Shown here one piece after another: positions 9,955 through 21,400 of a stretch of 64,000 nucleotides of DNA. Both the position numbers and the translations under genes were made by a program. Below the pieces are notes generated by a model, which searched no databases, was not told the DNA's origin, and was given only the letters and a program-made list of their open reading frames with translations. The stretch is taken from positions 160,001 through 224,000 of the forward strand of contig CAVTCR010000050.1 in assembly GCA_963733195.1 (NCBI GenBank), in the 5' to 3' direction. Source of the stretch: an uncultured delta proteobacterium (lineage in GTDB: Bacteria > Desulfobacterota > Binatia > Bin18). The stretch's first letter is position 1. The number at the start of each line of letters is the position of its first letter.

Positions 9955-10845
9955 CTATAACAACTCTTGCAACTCTGGCAATCGCTTGCGCAAGCGTTCA
10001 GCTGCATCGTCCGGTGCCATGTAGGGAGGCCGCGCAGGTCCCATGTCGATTCCAGTCACCACTGAAGCCGTGACCTTGGTCGTCCCAAGATGACCTAACG
10101 CCTCTTCACCACCCCGTGGGAAACAGCGATTGAGGCGACGTTGCACTTCCACTGCTTTGGCAATCTCTCCAGCCTTGAACAATTTGAGTAGCTTCGCCGA
10201 AGCAGGCACAGCAAACACATTAATAAACCCACCAGCAGCACCGAGTTGCAACCCGGTGAGGAAGGCGCGGAATGTCTGTAGAATCTTCACCCGCCCTTGC
10301 ACTTCATCATACACCGCTTCGAGATGCTGAAGATCGGTGAGCACTTCTTTAATCCCAACAATCCCTTTGATCCCACATAATCGACCAAAGAATTTGGGAC
10401 TCATGTTGAATTTCGATAGCGCTGGATTGTGATACACGACCACTGGCAAGTGGCCAGCATCAGCAACCATCTTGTAGTGCAGGTAGACTTCTTCCTCACC
10501 GCAACGCCAGTAGTACGGAGGAATGAGCTGCTGAGAATCATAGCCCATCTCTCCGGCAATTTTGGCGAATTTCAATGCTTCTAACGTAGTCGCGCCGGAA
10601 GTCATCGCCACTGTGTAGATGTCCTTATGTTTGCGCGCTTGGTCGAGAGTCACTGCAAACACTCGGGTACGTTCAGCATCGTTGAGGTGAAGAAATTCAC
10701 CAATGCTGGGGGCGGCAACGACACCAGTGGCACCATTTTGCACGCACCAATCGACCTCGGCACGCAACGCCCCCTCGTCGAGTTCGTATTTCTTTGTGAA
10801 TGGGGTCACGAGCATTGCAATTACGCCATGAATATCGCGGGGCAT
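9955..10845 (-). CDS. Dihydrodipicolinate synthase family aldolase (aromatic catabolism)
   Basis: LVTPF, PPYYW, VYHNP, VGIKE Schiff-base Lys; ATG 10845 with GGAGG RBS. Confidence 0.85.
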   Translation of the reverse strand: MPRDIHGVIAMLVTPFTKKYELDEGALRAEVDWCVQNGATGVVAAPSIGEFLHLNDAERTRVFAVTLDQARKHKDIYTVAMTSGATTLEALKFAKIAGEMGYDSQQLIPPYYWRCGEEEVYLHYKMVADAGHLPVVVYHNPALSKFNMSPKFFGRLCGIKGIVGIKEVLTDLQHLEAVYDEVQGRVKILQTFRAFLTGLQLGAAGGFINVFAVPASAKLLKLFKAGEIAKAVEVQRRLNRCFPRGGEEALGHLGTTKVTASVVTGIDMGPARPPYMAPDDAAERLRKRLPELQELL

Positions 10846-10860
10846 AGGTCCTCCTCGGAG

Positions 10861-10924
10861 AGGCGTGAGGCTGTAGGCTAAAGGCCCAAGGGTCCTCCCC
10901 CTCAAGCCTGCAGCCTACAGCCTG
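10861..10924. repeat. Heptamer-periodic inverted repeat hairpin (AGGCnnn / nnnGCCT)
   Basis: AGGCGTG AGGCTGT AGGCTAA AGGC ... CAAGCCT GCAGCCT ACAGCCT. Confidence 0.85.
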
Positions 10925-10928
10925 CTTG

Positions 10929-11795
10929 TTAAATGTCAAACCAAAATATCACCTGCCCTGTCCCAAGGGCAGCTTCGTAAGTCCCATACTGCACGCCTGG
11001 TGAGGTAAATTTTTCTTCACCAAGTGCGCCAGCCATCATCAAGTAGTGAGCAAAGCGTCCTTCCGGAGAACAACGCTTGCGGTATTCCCCAGCAAGGTTC
11101 ACGACACTAGCGTGATCACCACGGCGGAACATTCCTATAATACGTTCATCATACTCACGATTCTCTGGCGACGTAATGTGCACCGGGTCGGCTCCGGTGT
11201 GGTCTAGTACATTGTCGTAGTCCCAGAAGCGATGCGAGAGTCCACCGGCAGCGACGAGAACCACACGGCGATTACTGTGCAGAATGCCCTCACCTACAGC
11301 ACGTCCGAAGGCCAGATCATTGTGAACACCGGCAATCTGGCACACTCCCGTAGAAAGCACCCGGCGGTTTCGCTGCGGATTGAAGTACGCCATTGGCACC
11401 AGCGTCGGATAATGCAGCGGCATACCACGATACGTCGAGGCAAACGCCCGCACGCCAGTATCCTTGGCACTGGTAGCAATAGCGGCGGCAAGCTCAGGGT
11501 CGCCCTGGTAGCTATACTCGTGTTCGTGTAACAACTCCGGCACTTCTTCAGAGGTATATACCCCTTCGATTCGCTCGGATGCATTCATCACATACTGAAT
11601 AGTCGAGAACCAGTGTGTATCAAAGACAACGAACGTGTCGAAATCGAGACCGGCCAGGCGTTCACGATAAAGTTTTTCCATCGCCTCGTAGAAAGTCGTC
11701 ACTCCACGTCCCATGTAGGCTTTGCGCTCGGCTTCACCGAAGATCATCAGACGGGGAACATGTGTCGTAAAGATCGCAGCAATTATTTGGCCCAT
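10929..11795 (-). CDS. hpaD: 3,4-dihydroxyphenylacetate 2,3-dioxygenase-like extradiol dioxygenase (LigB fold)
   Basis: TTHVP, VVFDTHW, GVYTSEEVP, AGGLSHRFW; next to hpaB. Confidence 0.8.
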   Translation of the reverse strand: MGQIIAAIFTTHVPRLMIFGEAERKAYMGRGVTTFYEAMEKLYRERLAGLDFDTFVVFDTHWFSTIQYVMNASERIEGVYTSEEVPELLHEHEYSYQGDPELAAAIATSAKDTGVRAFASTYRGMPLHYPTLVPMAYFNPQRNRRVLSTGVCQIAGVHNDLAFGRAVGEGILHSNRRVVLVAAGGLSHRFWDYDNVLDHTGADPVHITSPENREYDERIIGMFRRGDHASVVNLAGEYRKRCSPEGRFAHYLMMAGALGEEKFTSPGVQYGTYEAALGTGQVIFWFDI

Positions 11796-11811
11796 AATCA
11801 ACTCCTAAAGT

Positions 11812-11871
11812 TGCGTATTACGTAGTGCGTGATACGTGTTCATTTCGTTACGCATCACGTTTCACGCCTCA
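11812..11871. repeat. Heptamer-periodic inverted repeat hairpin (TrCGTnn / nnACGnn)
   Basis: TGCGTAT TACGTAG TGCGTGA TACGTG ... TTACGCA TCACGTT TCACGCC TCA (hpaB stop). Confidence 0.85.
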
Positions 11872-13325
11872 GTCTTCCTCCCGCTCCAAAAACTGCCGTA
11901 CCCGCTCCATCAACGGTTCCTTGGGATAAATGCCATACAACGCCGATGCCATGCGTACCGGATCGCCAAAGAAGAACCGTTCGTATAGCGTTTGCCGCCC
12001 ACCGAAGGCACTACAGGCGATGTCCCAGGCAAGGCGGAACAATTTGACACGATCACGAGCATTCATGTTGGCGACAACCAGATATTGATCGATATCATCG
12101 GCAATCGGACTCTCAAGCGCTGACTGTGGGGGAATCATCATCATCCCGGATGAACTCAGCAGTTGCAGAATCTCCACCATCCGCGGGTACATCTTCGGAA
12201 AGATATTGCGTGCGACATCAAGTGGTGGTCGGTGCGGGCACATCACTCCCCAGCGATCAATCGCCGCATCGGCTTCTCCAGCACGCAAACACGCCTTCAT
12301 TAGCTCTAGATTGATCATGCACTCGGCAATCTTCTCATGCACATGCGGAAATTCCGTCGCACCGGTCGCATCCACAATGAGACAGGCAACACCGAGAATA
12401 AACTCGGCCTTAGCGATGTTTTTACAGACCACCTGGTGCATCATGTGCACAACAGCGTTCGTCGTTGCGTACGCCGCATTACACAAGTCCGGACGCGCCT
12501 TCAGAAACACTCGTTCCCACGGCACCAGCACATCATTAAAGATAACAATCGCGTCCATTTCCTCAAAGCGCGAGCCGAGTGGATGTTCTGTCGAAGAGCG
12601 CCCATAATCGAATGACTCACGGCAGATGTACTTGAGCCCCGGTGTGTCAGACGGAATGGCAAAAGCAAAGGCATAGGGCGCAGTGTCGGCGGCAGCTTTC
12701 AAAACTGTTGAAGGGAACACCGGCAATTTCATCCGACAACGGACCAAGCGTTGCCAAAATACGCGCACCGCGAATGATGATCCCCTTATCAGTTTCTTTA
12801 ACGATACGCGCCGCAACGTCGGCACTTGGTTGTCCAGTAGCAGTAATGGCACGATTCGCTTGTGGATTCACTAACGTATGGGTCAAACAGAGATCATGCT
12901 CACGAACATACGTATAGTAATTGCGGGCATTCTCAGCATGGCGGGGATCATTCTGGGCATAGAACTCTGCTGCTGCTGCGGACGCCATGAGACTCACATT
13001 GAGATAGTCAGGCGAACGGCCCATCATGCCGCCACTGTAGCGTGCCCACTGCAACATCATGCGGGTCCGCCGTTGTAGGTCTTCCTGCGAACGAGGAGTG
13101 ATAAACGATAGCCCGACTCGATCACCTGTCGTTGGGGAGGTATAGGTCATTTCATCGCGCAGCGCAGGGTCATGCTGCATGTCATACAGATGAGCAACTG
13201 AACGAGCACCACGCCGTAACGCCGGATGGCTGGTCACATCGCGAACACGTTCATTTCCCAACCAGACTTCAGAGCTACGGTCTTTCAGTCCTTGTAGGTA
13301 TTCGTGCCCCAGTACGCACCGACAT
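11869..13325 (-). CDS. hpaB: 4-hydroxyphenylacetate 3-monooxygenase, oxygenase component; frameshifts near 13308 and 12723
   Basis: RTG.EYLQGL, MMGRSPDYLN, HTLVNPQANR, SRFEEMDAIVIFNDVLVPWERVF, FGGRQTLYERFFFGDP split over three frames. Confidence 0.9.
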
Positions 13326-13335
13326 AGGTTCTCCT

Positions 13336-13408
13336 GGGGTCAGGGGTCGGGGGCCAGGGTCGGTTTTTCCCATTCTACCGATCCCCGATCCCCGACCCCC
13401 GACCCCTA
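13336..13408. repeat. Heptamer-periodic inverted repeat hairpin (GGGGTCr / CCGAyCC)
   Basis: GGGGTCA GGGGTCG GGGGCCA GGGTCGG ... CCGATCC CCGATCC CCGACCC CCGACCC CTA (stop). Confidence 0.9.
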
Positions 13409-14878
13409 GTATGGTATACAAACAAACTTCGGCTCAGTGTAAAACTCCAAACTGTAACGACCACCTTCACGACCAAAACCACTTTCACGGGCGCCACCGA
13501 ACGGAGTGCGAAGGTCGCGCAAGAAGAAGCTATTCACCCACATCATACCAGTCTTAATCGCGCTCGACACTCGTAACGCCCGGTTCACATCTTGTGTCCA
13601 TAGGAATCCAGCTAAACCGTAGACAGTTCCGTTCGCCAGTCGAATCGCTTCCGCTTCGTCGTGGAACTTTTGTACTGCGAGCACAGGACCAAAAATCTCT
13701 TCATGACAAATCCGCATTGCAGGAGTAACATTCTCGAAAACCGTCGGTAGGAGATAATTACCTTTTTGCAGCGTTGGGTCACTCGGTCGCTTTCCACCAG
13801 TCAGGAGCCTCGCTCCCTCATCGAGACCCGATTGAATGTAGCCTTCAACCCGTTCGCGGTGCTGCGCTGTGATTAGTGGCCCGAAATCTGTCGCCGGATC
13901 AAGCGGGTCCCCGACTTTCAGATTCGCTACTGTTTTGAGAAACCGCTCCATAAAACGATCATAAACGGCATCCTGAAGAATCAATCGCGAACCAGCCACA
14001 CACGACTGTCCTTGGCTACGAAAGATCGCACGCACAGCTCCCTTCACGGCGGTTTCCAGATCAGCATCAGTAAAGACGATATTCGGCGACTTGCCGCCAA
14101 GTTCCAACGATACCCGTTTGAGTGTCTCTGCTGCCGCTTTCAGTACACGTTTGCCGGTCGCCACACCCCCAGTGAAGGAGACAGCGTTAACATCAGGGTG
14201 CGTCGTCAGCGCAGCCCCGACCTCACCAAAGCCAGAAACAATGTTCAGTACTCCGGCAGGTAACCCAGCCTCCTGGGCAATCTCGCCTAGCTTCATCAGA
14301 CTTAACGGCGCGAGTTCAGACGGCTTGAGAACCGCAGTACATCCCGAGGCAAGACAGGGAGCAAGCTTCCAGGTTCCCAGCATCATTGGCGAGTTCCAGG
14401 GAATGATGATCCCTACCACACCGAGTGGCTGCCGCATGGTGACACTCATCAAGTTGACATCAACACCAAGTGAGTTGCTCTCCGTCCAGTGGGCATCTTG
14501 GGTCCACTGCGATAGCGCATCAGCAAAGAACGAAAAATTATTCGCCGCGCGCGGAATGTCGTGCCCGCCGCTTTCTTTCACGGGCTTGCCAACATCAAGG
14601 CTTTCGATGCGTTCCAGCTCAGGGGCGTGCTTCACAAGAAGTTCAGCAAAGCGACGAATCATCTTCGCCCGGTCTACTGTCTTCATCTTCGGCCACGGGC
14701 CATCGTCGAATGCCTTCCGCGCTGCAGCTACAGCACGATTCACATCCTCGACTCCTGCTTCTGCCAACTCAGTGAGTATTGTGTTATTCGCTGGATTGAG
14801 GACAGGAAAGGTTTTACCACTCGCGGCGGGGATATACTCGCCGTCGATAAATAGTTGCGAACGAAAAGTTGGTTGCAT
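13406..14878 (-). CDS. Hydroxymuconic-semialdehyde-type aldehyde dehydrogenase (HpaE-like)
   Basis: PWNSP, FTGG, LELGGKSP, GQSCVAG, EEIFGP, LRDLRTPFGG; clustered with hpaB/hpaD. Confidence 0.88.
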   Translation of the reverse strand: MQPTFRSQLFIDGEYIPAASGKTFPVLNPANNTILTELAEAGVEDVNRAVAAARKAFDDGPWPKMKTVDRAKMIRRFAELLVKHAPELERIESLDVGKPVKESGGHDIPRAANNFSFFADALSQWTQDAHWTESNSLGVDVNLMSVTMRQPLGVVGIIIPWNSPMMLGTWKLAPCLASGCTAVLKPSELAPLSLMKLGEIAQEAGLPAGVLNIVSGFGEVGAALTTHPDVNAVSFTGGVATGKRVLKAAAETLKRVSLELGGKSPNIVFTDADLETAVKGAVRAIFRSQGQSCVAGSRLILQDAVYDRFMERFLKTVANLKVGDPLDPATDFGPLITAQHRERVEGYIQSGLDEGARLLTGGKRPSDPTLQKGNYLLPTVFENVTPAMRICHEEIFGPVLAVQKFHDEAEAIRLANGTVYGLAGFLWTQDVNRALRVSSAIKTGMMWVNSFFLRDLRTPFGGARESGFGREGGRYSLEFYTEPKFVCIPY

Positions 14879-15079
14879 AGCACCCTCGCGAAGAGAGTCT
14901 TACAATTGTTGCTGCTCTTCTATCACTTGCTTGGATAACTTACTTGAGGCTGCGTCCTTTTTTCATGCGGCTTGCTCATCTCGAGCATGTTGGCGTTGCG
15001 CAAGAACCTGCGCTTTCTGCTTACAAAGCTAAGGGTGAAGTGCGAACACATCGGTCAACGTTGAATTCCTTCCTCTCAT

Positions 15080-15832
15080 TCAGTGAGGATCGGGATTCTG
15101 TGTGCCATTCTTGAGCAGTGTCCGGACCCGTTGTAACTCTTCGTCCTCTGCGTCAAAGCGAGTCTCCAAAGATCTTTGGTGCGAAGTCACCTCTTCCAGC
15201 CGTTGTTCAAGCTTCTCCACATGGTTGAGTAATGTTGAAAGCGCACGACTCACTGGATCAGGAAGGTCTGCGTGATCAAGATCAATGACCGGTTTCCCCG
15301 AGGGTTGATGCCGACCACCTTCTTTGACAACTTTTCCCGGAATGCCAACCACTGTGGAATGCGCAGGCACCGATTGCACCAGGACTGACCCTGCGCCAAT
15401 CCGGCTGTGACGGCCAACGGTAATCGGACCGAGTACCTTCGCCCCAGCGCCGACCAGCACCCAATCCTCAATGGTCGGATGTCGCTTCCCGCGCTCGGTA
15501 CTCGTTCCAGCAAGTGACACACCTTGATAGAGCGTGACATCGTCACCAACTTCCGCTGTTTCTCCAATCACTACACCCATGCCATGATCAATAAAGACAC
15601 GGCGACCAATGCGGGCACCAGGATGAATTTCGATCCCGGTAAGAAACCGCGCGACGTGACTGACGACACGCGCGAGCGTCACCAACTCGTGTCCCCAGAG
15701 CCAGTGCGCGAGCCGATGACACAACACCGCATGAAACCCTGGGTACGCGAGAACCACTTCCCAGGTGGAACGTGCTGCCGGGTCGCGTTCAAAAACCGCA
15801 CGAATATCTTCTCGGACTTCTTGCAAGAACAT
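15080..15832 (-). CDS. cysE: Serine O-acetyltransferase
   Basis: [33 protein letters not shown]. Confidence 0.95.
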   Translation of the reverse strand: MFLQEVREDIRAVFERDPAARSTWEVVLAYPGFHAVLCHRLAHWLWGHELVTLARVVSHVARFLTGIEIHPGARIGRRVFIDHGMGVVIGETAEVGDDVTLYQGVSLAGTSTERGKRHPTIEDWVLVGAGAKVLGPITVGRHSRIGAGSVLVQSVPAHSTVVGIPGKVVKEGGRHQPSGKPVIDLDHADLPDPVSRALSTLLNHVEKLEQRLEEVTSHQRSLETRFDAEDEELQRVRTLLKNGTQNPDPH

Positions 15833-15847
15833 AGGTGCTTTCAGCGC

Positions 15848-15940
15848 GGGAGTGAGGATTGAGGATCTAGGGGAGGTTTACAGGCCTACGATACGCTTCT
15901 CTCTCTTACCTAGTGCCCACCTCCCAATTCCCATCGCCCT
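15848..15940. repeat. Degenerate heptamer-periodic inverted repeat between cimA and cysE
   Basis: GGGAGTG AGGATTG AGGATCT AGGGGAG ... TACCTAG TGCCCAC CTCCCAA TTCCCAT CGCCCT. Confidence 0.6.
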
Positions 15941-15943
15941 TTC

Positions 15944-17575
15944 TCAAGCTTTTGCTCGTCTAGAGGCTGAGGAACCATCACTGAACGGTATAGGTTTCCC
16001 CTTTGCCTTTTTATCCTTATACAATTTGTATTCAATACTATCGACTAATGCTTGCCAGCTCGCTTCAATCACATTGGGTGAGACACCAACCGTCCCCCAG
16101 CGATCGTCTTCATCTCCGGATTCGATTAACACCCGCACCATCGACCCAGTTCCGCGCCCATCGCCCAGTACACGAACTTTGTAATCGTGCAGTGCAACTT
16201 TCTCTAATTGCGGGTAGAATTTTGTCAGCGCCTTGCGCAGCGCACGATCCAAGGCATTTACCGGACCATTGCCTTGTGCAGCCGTATGTTCCACTGCACC
16301 GTCTGGCCCTTCCACCATGATCGTCGCTTCTGACAGTGGGGGTTCATCTTCTTTGCGTTTTTCGTCGATTACGCGAAATCCGATCAGGCGAAAATGTCTG
16401 ACTTGCCCGTTGAGCGCCTTCTGCATGAGCAGCTCAAACGAACCTTCAGCACCTTCGTACTGGAAACCGATGTGTTCCAAGCGTTTGACTTCATCAAGGA
16501 TGGTTTTCACTGCCGGATCGGCGTTCTCAACATCCAAACCAAACTGTTTTGCTTTATACACCACGTTACTACGACCAGATAAGTCAGACACCAACACCCG
16601 CTGATGATTGCCAACAATCTCGGAGTCAATGTGTTCGTAGGTTTCACGGTTTTTCTGCACGGCCGCAACATGCAGACCACCTTTGTGAGCGAAGGCACTC
16701 ACTCCGACATAGGCCTGGCGCTTGTTCGGCTCGACGTTGGCGAGTTCATACACAAAGCGTGAGAGTTCCGCGAGTCTTTGCAGTTGCGTCGCATTTACAC
16801 ACTCATAGCCGAGCTTGATTTGTAGATTGGGTACAATCGAACAGAGATTAGCGTTTCCGCAACGCTCACCAAAGCCATTGATCGTGCCTTGGACTTGGAT
16901 CACTCCGGCTTCCACCGCAGCAAGTGAATTCGCTACCGCCATCTCACAATCGTTATGGCAGTGGATCCCTAACGGTGTCGTCACTACTTGCTTGGCTGCC
17001 TTCACCCCGGCGATAATCTCGTGTGGCATGCGCCCACCACGGGTATCACAGAGCACGAGGATATCCGCCCCAGCCTGAGCCGCAGCTGTCAGGCATTCGA
17101 GTGCGTATTCCGGATTGGCACTGTACCCATCGAAAAAATGTTCGGCATCAAAGAACACCTGATCAACGCGTTTCTTGAGGTAGGCGATAGAATCGCTGAT
17201 CACTTCGAGATTGGCTTTTTTGGAGATGCGCAGATCATCGCGGACATGCAGATCCCACGTTTTGCCGACGATCGTGACAGTAGGCGTGTCGGCTTTAAGG
17301 AGTAAGCGAATATTGAGGTCATCCGCTGCTGCAATGTTTGCTCGCCGCGTAGAGCCAAATGCGGCAACTTTGGCGTGTCGCAAGTGGAGTTTCTTCACCG
17401 CATGAAAAAACTCTTCATCACGGGGATTGGATCCTGGCCAACCGCCCTCAATGAAATCAATACCGAACTCATCGAGCTTTTCAGCTATTCGCAGCTTGTC
17501 ATCAAGCGTGAAAGAGACGTCTTCCGATTGGCAGCCGTCTCTCAGTGTCGTGTCATACAATGCAATCCGTTTCAT
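15944..17575 (-). CDS. cimA: Citramalate synthase
   Basis: [50 protein letters not shown]. Confidence 0.93.
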   Translation of the reverse strand: MKRIALYDTTLRDGCQSEDVSFTLDDKLRIAEKLDEFGIDFIEGGWPGSNPRDEEFFHAVKKLHLRHAKVAAFGSTRRANIAAADDLNIRLLLKADTPTVTIVGKTWDLHVRDDLRISKKANLEVISDSIAYLKKRVDQVFFDAEHFFDGYSANPEYALECLTAAAQAGADILVLCDTRGGRMPHEIIAGVKAAKQVVTTPLGIHCHNDCEMAVANSLAAVEAGVIQVQGTINGFGERCGNANLCSIVPNLQIKLGYECVNATQLQRLAELSRFVYELANVEPNKRQAYVGVSAFAHKGGLHVAAVQKNRETYEHIDSEIVGNHQRVLVSDLSGRSNVVYKAKQFGLDVENADPAVKTILDEVKRLEHIGFQYEGAEGSFELLMQKALNGQVRHFRLIGFRVIDEKRKEDEPPLSEATIMVEGPDGAVEHTAAQGNGPVNALDRALRKALTKFYPQLEKVALHDYKVRVLGDGRGTGSMVRVLIESGDEDDRWGTVGVSPNVIEASWQALVDSIEYKLYKDKKAKGKPIPFSDGSSASRRAKA

Positions 17576-17582
17576 GAACTCC

Positions 17583-18797
17583 TCACTTCGCTCCTGGGAT
17601 AAAGGCATCATGCAGTACCCGTACCGCTAATTCGGTGTACTTCGCTGCCACCACAACCGAGATCTTAATTTCTGAGGTTGAGATCATTTGAATGTTGATG
17701 CCTTCGCGCGCCAACAGTTGAAACATCTGGGCGGCAACACCGGCATGACTACGCATACCGAGACCAACAATGGAGACCTTCGCCACATCGGGGTCAAAGT
17801 TCACTCCTTGTGCACCGATCTCGGGCATGATCGCCTTCATCCGCGTCAGCGCTTTCGGAGCATCTCCTTTAGGAACCGTAAAGGTCATGTCTGTGGACCC
17901 ATCGGCACTGCCGTTCTGTATAATCATATCAACAACGATATTTTCATCAGCGATTGAGCCAAACACCTTGGCTGCTAAACCTGGACGGTCTGGCACATGC
18001 AGCAAGGTAATTTTTGCTTGATCAAGATCGGAGGTGACTCCCGAAACCGTGACCTCTTCCATGCTCGGCTCCTCTTGGACCAGCCATGTTCCTTCGTCAG
18101 GTGAGAAACTCGACCGAACATGCACTGGCACCTGATATCGCTTGGCAAACTCAACGGAACGAATCTGTAAAACTTTTGCGCCAAGGCTGGCCAGTTCCAA
18201 CATCTCATCATACGAGACGCGTTGAAGCTTGCGCGCCTGTGGGCAAATGCGCGGATCGGCGCTGTAGACTCCGTCTACGTCGGTGTAAATCTCACAAACA
18301 TCAGCCTTCACCGCCGCTGCAATCGCTACCGCCGTGGTATCCGATCCGCCACGGCCTAGGGTCGTAATGTTATCTTTTTCATCGACCCCTTGGAAACCGG
18401 CAATCACGACAATATGCCCCTGCTGGAGACCGGATAAGAGTCGGTCAGTCTTGATAGTTTTGATCCGGGCCCGGCCATAGGCACTGTCGGTCTCAATGTG
18501 GATTTGGTGTCCCAACAATGAGAAAGCAGGATAGCCCAGGTCTTTGAGGGCCATCGCTAACAATGCGACGGTCACTTGCTCACCAGTAGAGACTAACACG
18601 TCACTTTCACGTTCATCGGGTTGGGGAGTGACATCCTTGGCTAACGTTAAGAGCCGGTTGGTTTCTCCACTCATGGCAGAGACGACAACAGCCACTTGAT
18701 GTCCGGCAGCACGCGTCGCCACAACCCGCTTTGCTACACCTTTGATCCGCTCGACTGATCCGACTGATGTTCCACCGTATTTTTGCACCACCAACAT
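17583..18797 (-). CDS. lysC: Aspartate kinase
   Basis: [24 protein letters not shown] domains with STSEIKIS. Confidence 0.96.
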   Translation of the reverse strand: MLVVQKYGGTSVGSVERIKGVAKRVVATRAAGHQVAVVVSAMSGETNRLLTLAKDVTPQPDERESDVLVSTGEQVTVALLAMALKDLGYPAFSLLGHQIHIETDSAYGRARIKTIKTDRLLSGLQQGHIVVIAGFQGVDEKDNITTLGRGGSDTTAVAIAAAVKADVCEIYTDVDGVYSADPRICPQARKLQRVSYDEMLELASLGAKVLQIRSVEFAKRYQVPVHVRSSFSPDEGTWLVQEEPSMEEVTVSGVTSDLDQAKITLLHVPDRPGLAAKVFGSIADENIVVDMIIQNGSADGSTDMTFTVPKGDAPKALTRMKAIMPEIGAQGVNFDPDVAKVSIVGLGMRSHAGVAAQMFQLLAREGINIQMISTSEIKISVVVAAKYTELAVRVLHDAFIPGAK

Positions 18798-18830
18798 AGA
18801 GTGACCCTGAGAAAGCTTGGAGCGGTCCGT

Positions 18831-19337
18831 TTACCGCCCTGACGGTTTTTTCAGTACCTTACCTGCCGCAGACTGTTCTGTCAGTAGCTGCTGCAGCATT
18901 TGCTCGTACCACCCACCGAAGGCAGTCATCGTCAATGCGCGTGTTTCTTCTCCAGTAATCGCCAGTGACACGAACAGGTATTCCGTGACGACACCGACCG
19001 GTAAAAACTGGAACCACTCGATAACTGTTATCCCTTGCCCGAAAAGGTATTCTTCAATCCCCAGCCCCTCGATTTCCCTATCTTCCAGGCGATAGAGATC
19101 GATGTGGTAGAGAGGGAGCTTTCCCTTATAATGTTCAGCAATCAGAGTAAAGCTTGGGCTATATACTTCGTTTTCGTCAATGCCGAGTCCAGCGGCCAGT
19201 CCTTTGACAAAGCAGGTTTTGCCGGCACCCAGATCGCCTTCGAGTCCAATCACGGTACCGGACGTTGCTAGCCGTGCGAGACGTGCAGCAAAGGCTTTCG
19301 TCTCCTCAGCTGAGTTTACAAACAACTCATAGGCCAT
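18831..19337 (-). CDS. tsaE: tRNA t6A biosynthesis ATPase TsaE
   Basis: GDLGAGKT, SPSFTL, YHIDLYRL, IEW. Confidence 0.95.
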   Translation of the reverse strand: MAYELFVNSAEETKAFAARLARLATSGTVIGLEGDLGAGKTCFVKGLAAGLGIDENEVYSPSFTLIAEHYKGKLPLYHIDLYRLEDREIEGLGIEEYLFGQGITVIEWFQFLPVGVVTEYLFVSLAITGEETRALTMTAFGGWYEQMLQQLLTEQSAAGKVLKKPSGR

Positions 19338-20992
19338 GCCTCGTCACTGTAGCGGTTTGGACTTCGTGACGTAAGGCATGTATCGCAGAAGGCAAACGGT
19401 CGATGAGGTCGTGAGCAAGTATTCCCACCTCTCCCTTCTCGTCTGCAGCACGATCACCCACATATCCATGCAGGAAGACGCCAATCTGGCAGGCGTGCTC
19501 TGGTGTATATCCTTGCGCAAGTAAGCCACCAATGATGCCAGTTAACACATCACCCATACCACCGCTCGCCATCCCAGGATTACCAGTAGGATTGACCCAA
19601 GCCCTCCCATCTGGCGCAGCAATCACTGTCCGTGAGCCTTTGAGTACGAGGTAACAACGATGCTGGAGAGCAAAAGTCCGGGCAATTTCCAGCCGTTGAG
19701 ATTGAACGTCCGCATTGCTCACTTTCACTAAGCGCGCCATCTCGCCAGGATGAGGAGTGAGAATCACTGAGACATGGGCTTCGCGAAGAACGGTAAGATC
19801 AGTCGCTAGACAATTGAGCCCGTCCGCATCAATGACGAGTGGGAGTGGACTCTTCAACAGCAACCATTGCGTCAAACCAATTGTGTCGCTTGAGACCCCA
19901 ATTCCAGGGCCGAAAGCAATCGCACTTTTTCCCTGTACCGCATCAGCCACTGCATTCTCATTCAGTGCTAAACTTCCATCTTGCCGTTCGGGCATCGGGA
20001 TGGTCATCGCTTCAATCAGGACCGATGAAAAGATCGTGTTCAGTGAACTTGGTCCGGCTAACGTGACCAGACCCGTACCGACACGCAAAGCAGCCCCTCC
20101 GCTAAGGAGAGCAGCCCCACTCTTCCCCCGCGCCCCAGCTAACACGAGTAGGTGGCCAAAGTCTCCTTTGTGCACATCTAGAGTTCGTGGACGAACGAGG
20201 GCACCCACCGATTCCTGCGTTAGCAATATGGTCTGCGGTTTGACGGTCGCAACTGCTTCAGGTGCAATTCCGATATCGACAATTTCCAATCGACCGACCT
20301 TAGCCTTTGCTGAAGGATGGAGCAGACCGATTTTCGGATAACCAAATGTCACAGTGAGAGATGCTTGGATTGCCGTGCCGAGTGGCACACCACGGTCGGT
20401 ATCAAGCCCAGAAGGAGTATCAACTGCGACTACCGGTACACCGCTCCCATTAATCAACTCGATCAGCTCAGCCATGAATCCACGCACTGGGGCGCTCAAT
20501 CCGGTGCCGAGCAGCGCATCGACAACGAGACCACAGTGACCCAGCTTCTTCTGCACCACATCGAGTTGTTCAACCGTAGTGACTTCGCTGATGCGTCCAC
20601 GCAGACGGGCAAAGGCTTTCAGGTTGCGCAGCGCATCCCCTTTCACTTCTTCCTTTTTTGCTGTGAGGATCACCTCACAGAGAATGCCCTCTTTCTTTAG
20701 TAAGCGTGCCATCACAAACCCATCGCCACCATTATTGCCTTTGCCGGCAAACACCAGGAGCGGATTTTGTGTGCGCTTGAGGGAAATTTTTGAGCAACGC
20801 CGCGGTTGCCCCTGCGCCGGCACGTTCCATCAGCACATGCCCTGGAGTGCCATACTGCTCGATGGTGAGCCGGTCTAACTCGCGCATTTGTTGCGCGGTT
20901 ACCAGGTAGAGTGGAACTGGATGAAGACTGTTAGGTTCAGCGATCACAATATCGGTGGGAATACTGCCTGGCAGGGTGAAGATCAAGACCAA
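19327..20992 (-). CDS. nnr: Bifunctional NAD(P)HX epimerase/dehydratase; frameshift near 20785, start uncertain
   Basis: VTAQQMRELDR...LMERAG (ORF 20732-20992), then GKGNNGGDG, HKGDFG, TPHPGEM, GGMGDVL (ORF 19327-20823). Confidence 0.9.
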
Positions 20993-21400
20993 TCAGGAAA
21001 GGTTACTTCGCCACAACAACCCGCCCGTTGGCTTGCTTTTCCAGGTTGTAGTGCACATCTACACTCGGTGTCTGTCTGTCATCTCTACGGTCCCAACGCT
21101 TGAACGTCACCTTCGCTTGTCTCGCTGGTTGCCCATCCAACTGGATATCTTGCTCTCGTAGCTCAATACAGCGTTAACTAAGTTTTCTTGTATTGTGCAT
21201 TAGCAGCAAGCACGCCCTGATAGTGTCGATTCAGTTTGTTTCTGGCAGAAGCAAGCGAGAATTGCCAGTGGATTTTGATCTTCTTCTGCTGGCGTTCTGT
21301 GAGCAGCGTCAAGACCTCTTAGGTTGCAGGGCGCTCGAAAAAATGGACGTACTGCTTCCTCAGGAAACGAACCGACGTCGTGTCTTCGGCAAGAATTTCT

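Noticed and set aside
10861-13408. CRISPR array interpretation of the short repeats
   Set aside because: No constant 25-45 bp repeats with unique spacers and no cas genes in the window
14091-15032. Long antisense ORFs (313 aa here; also 21861-22592, 27007-27750, 19757-20341)
   Set aside because: Shadow frames opposite well-conserved genes, with no recognisable motifs
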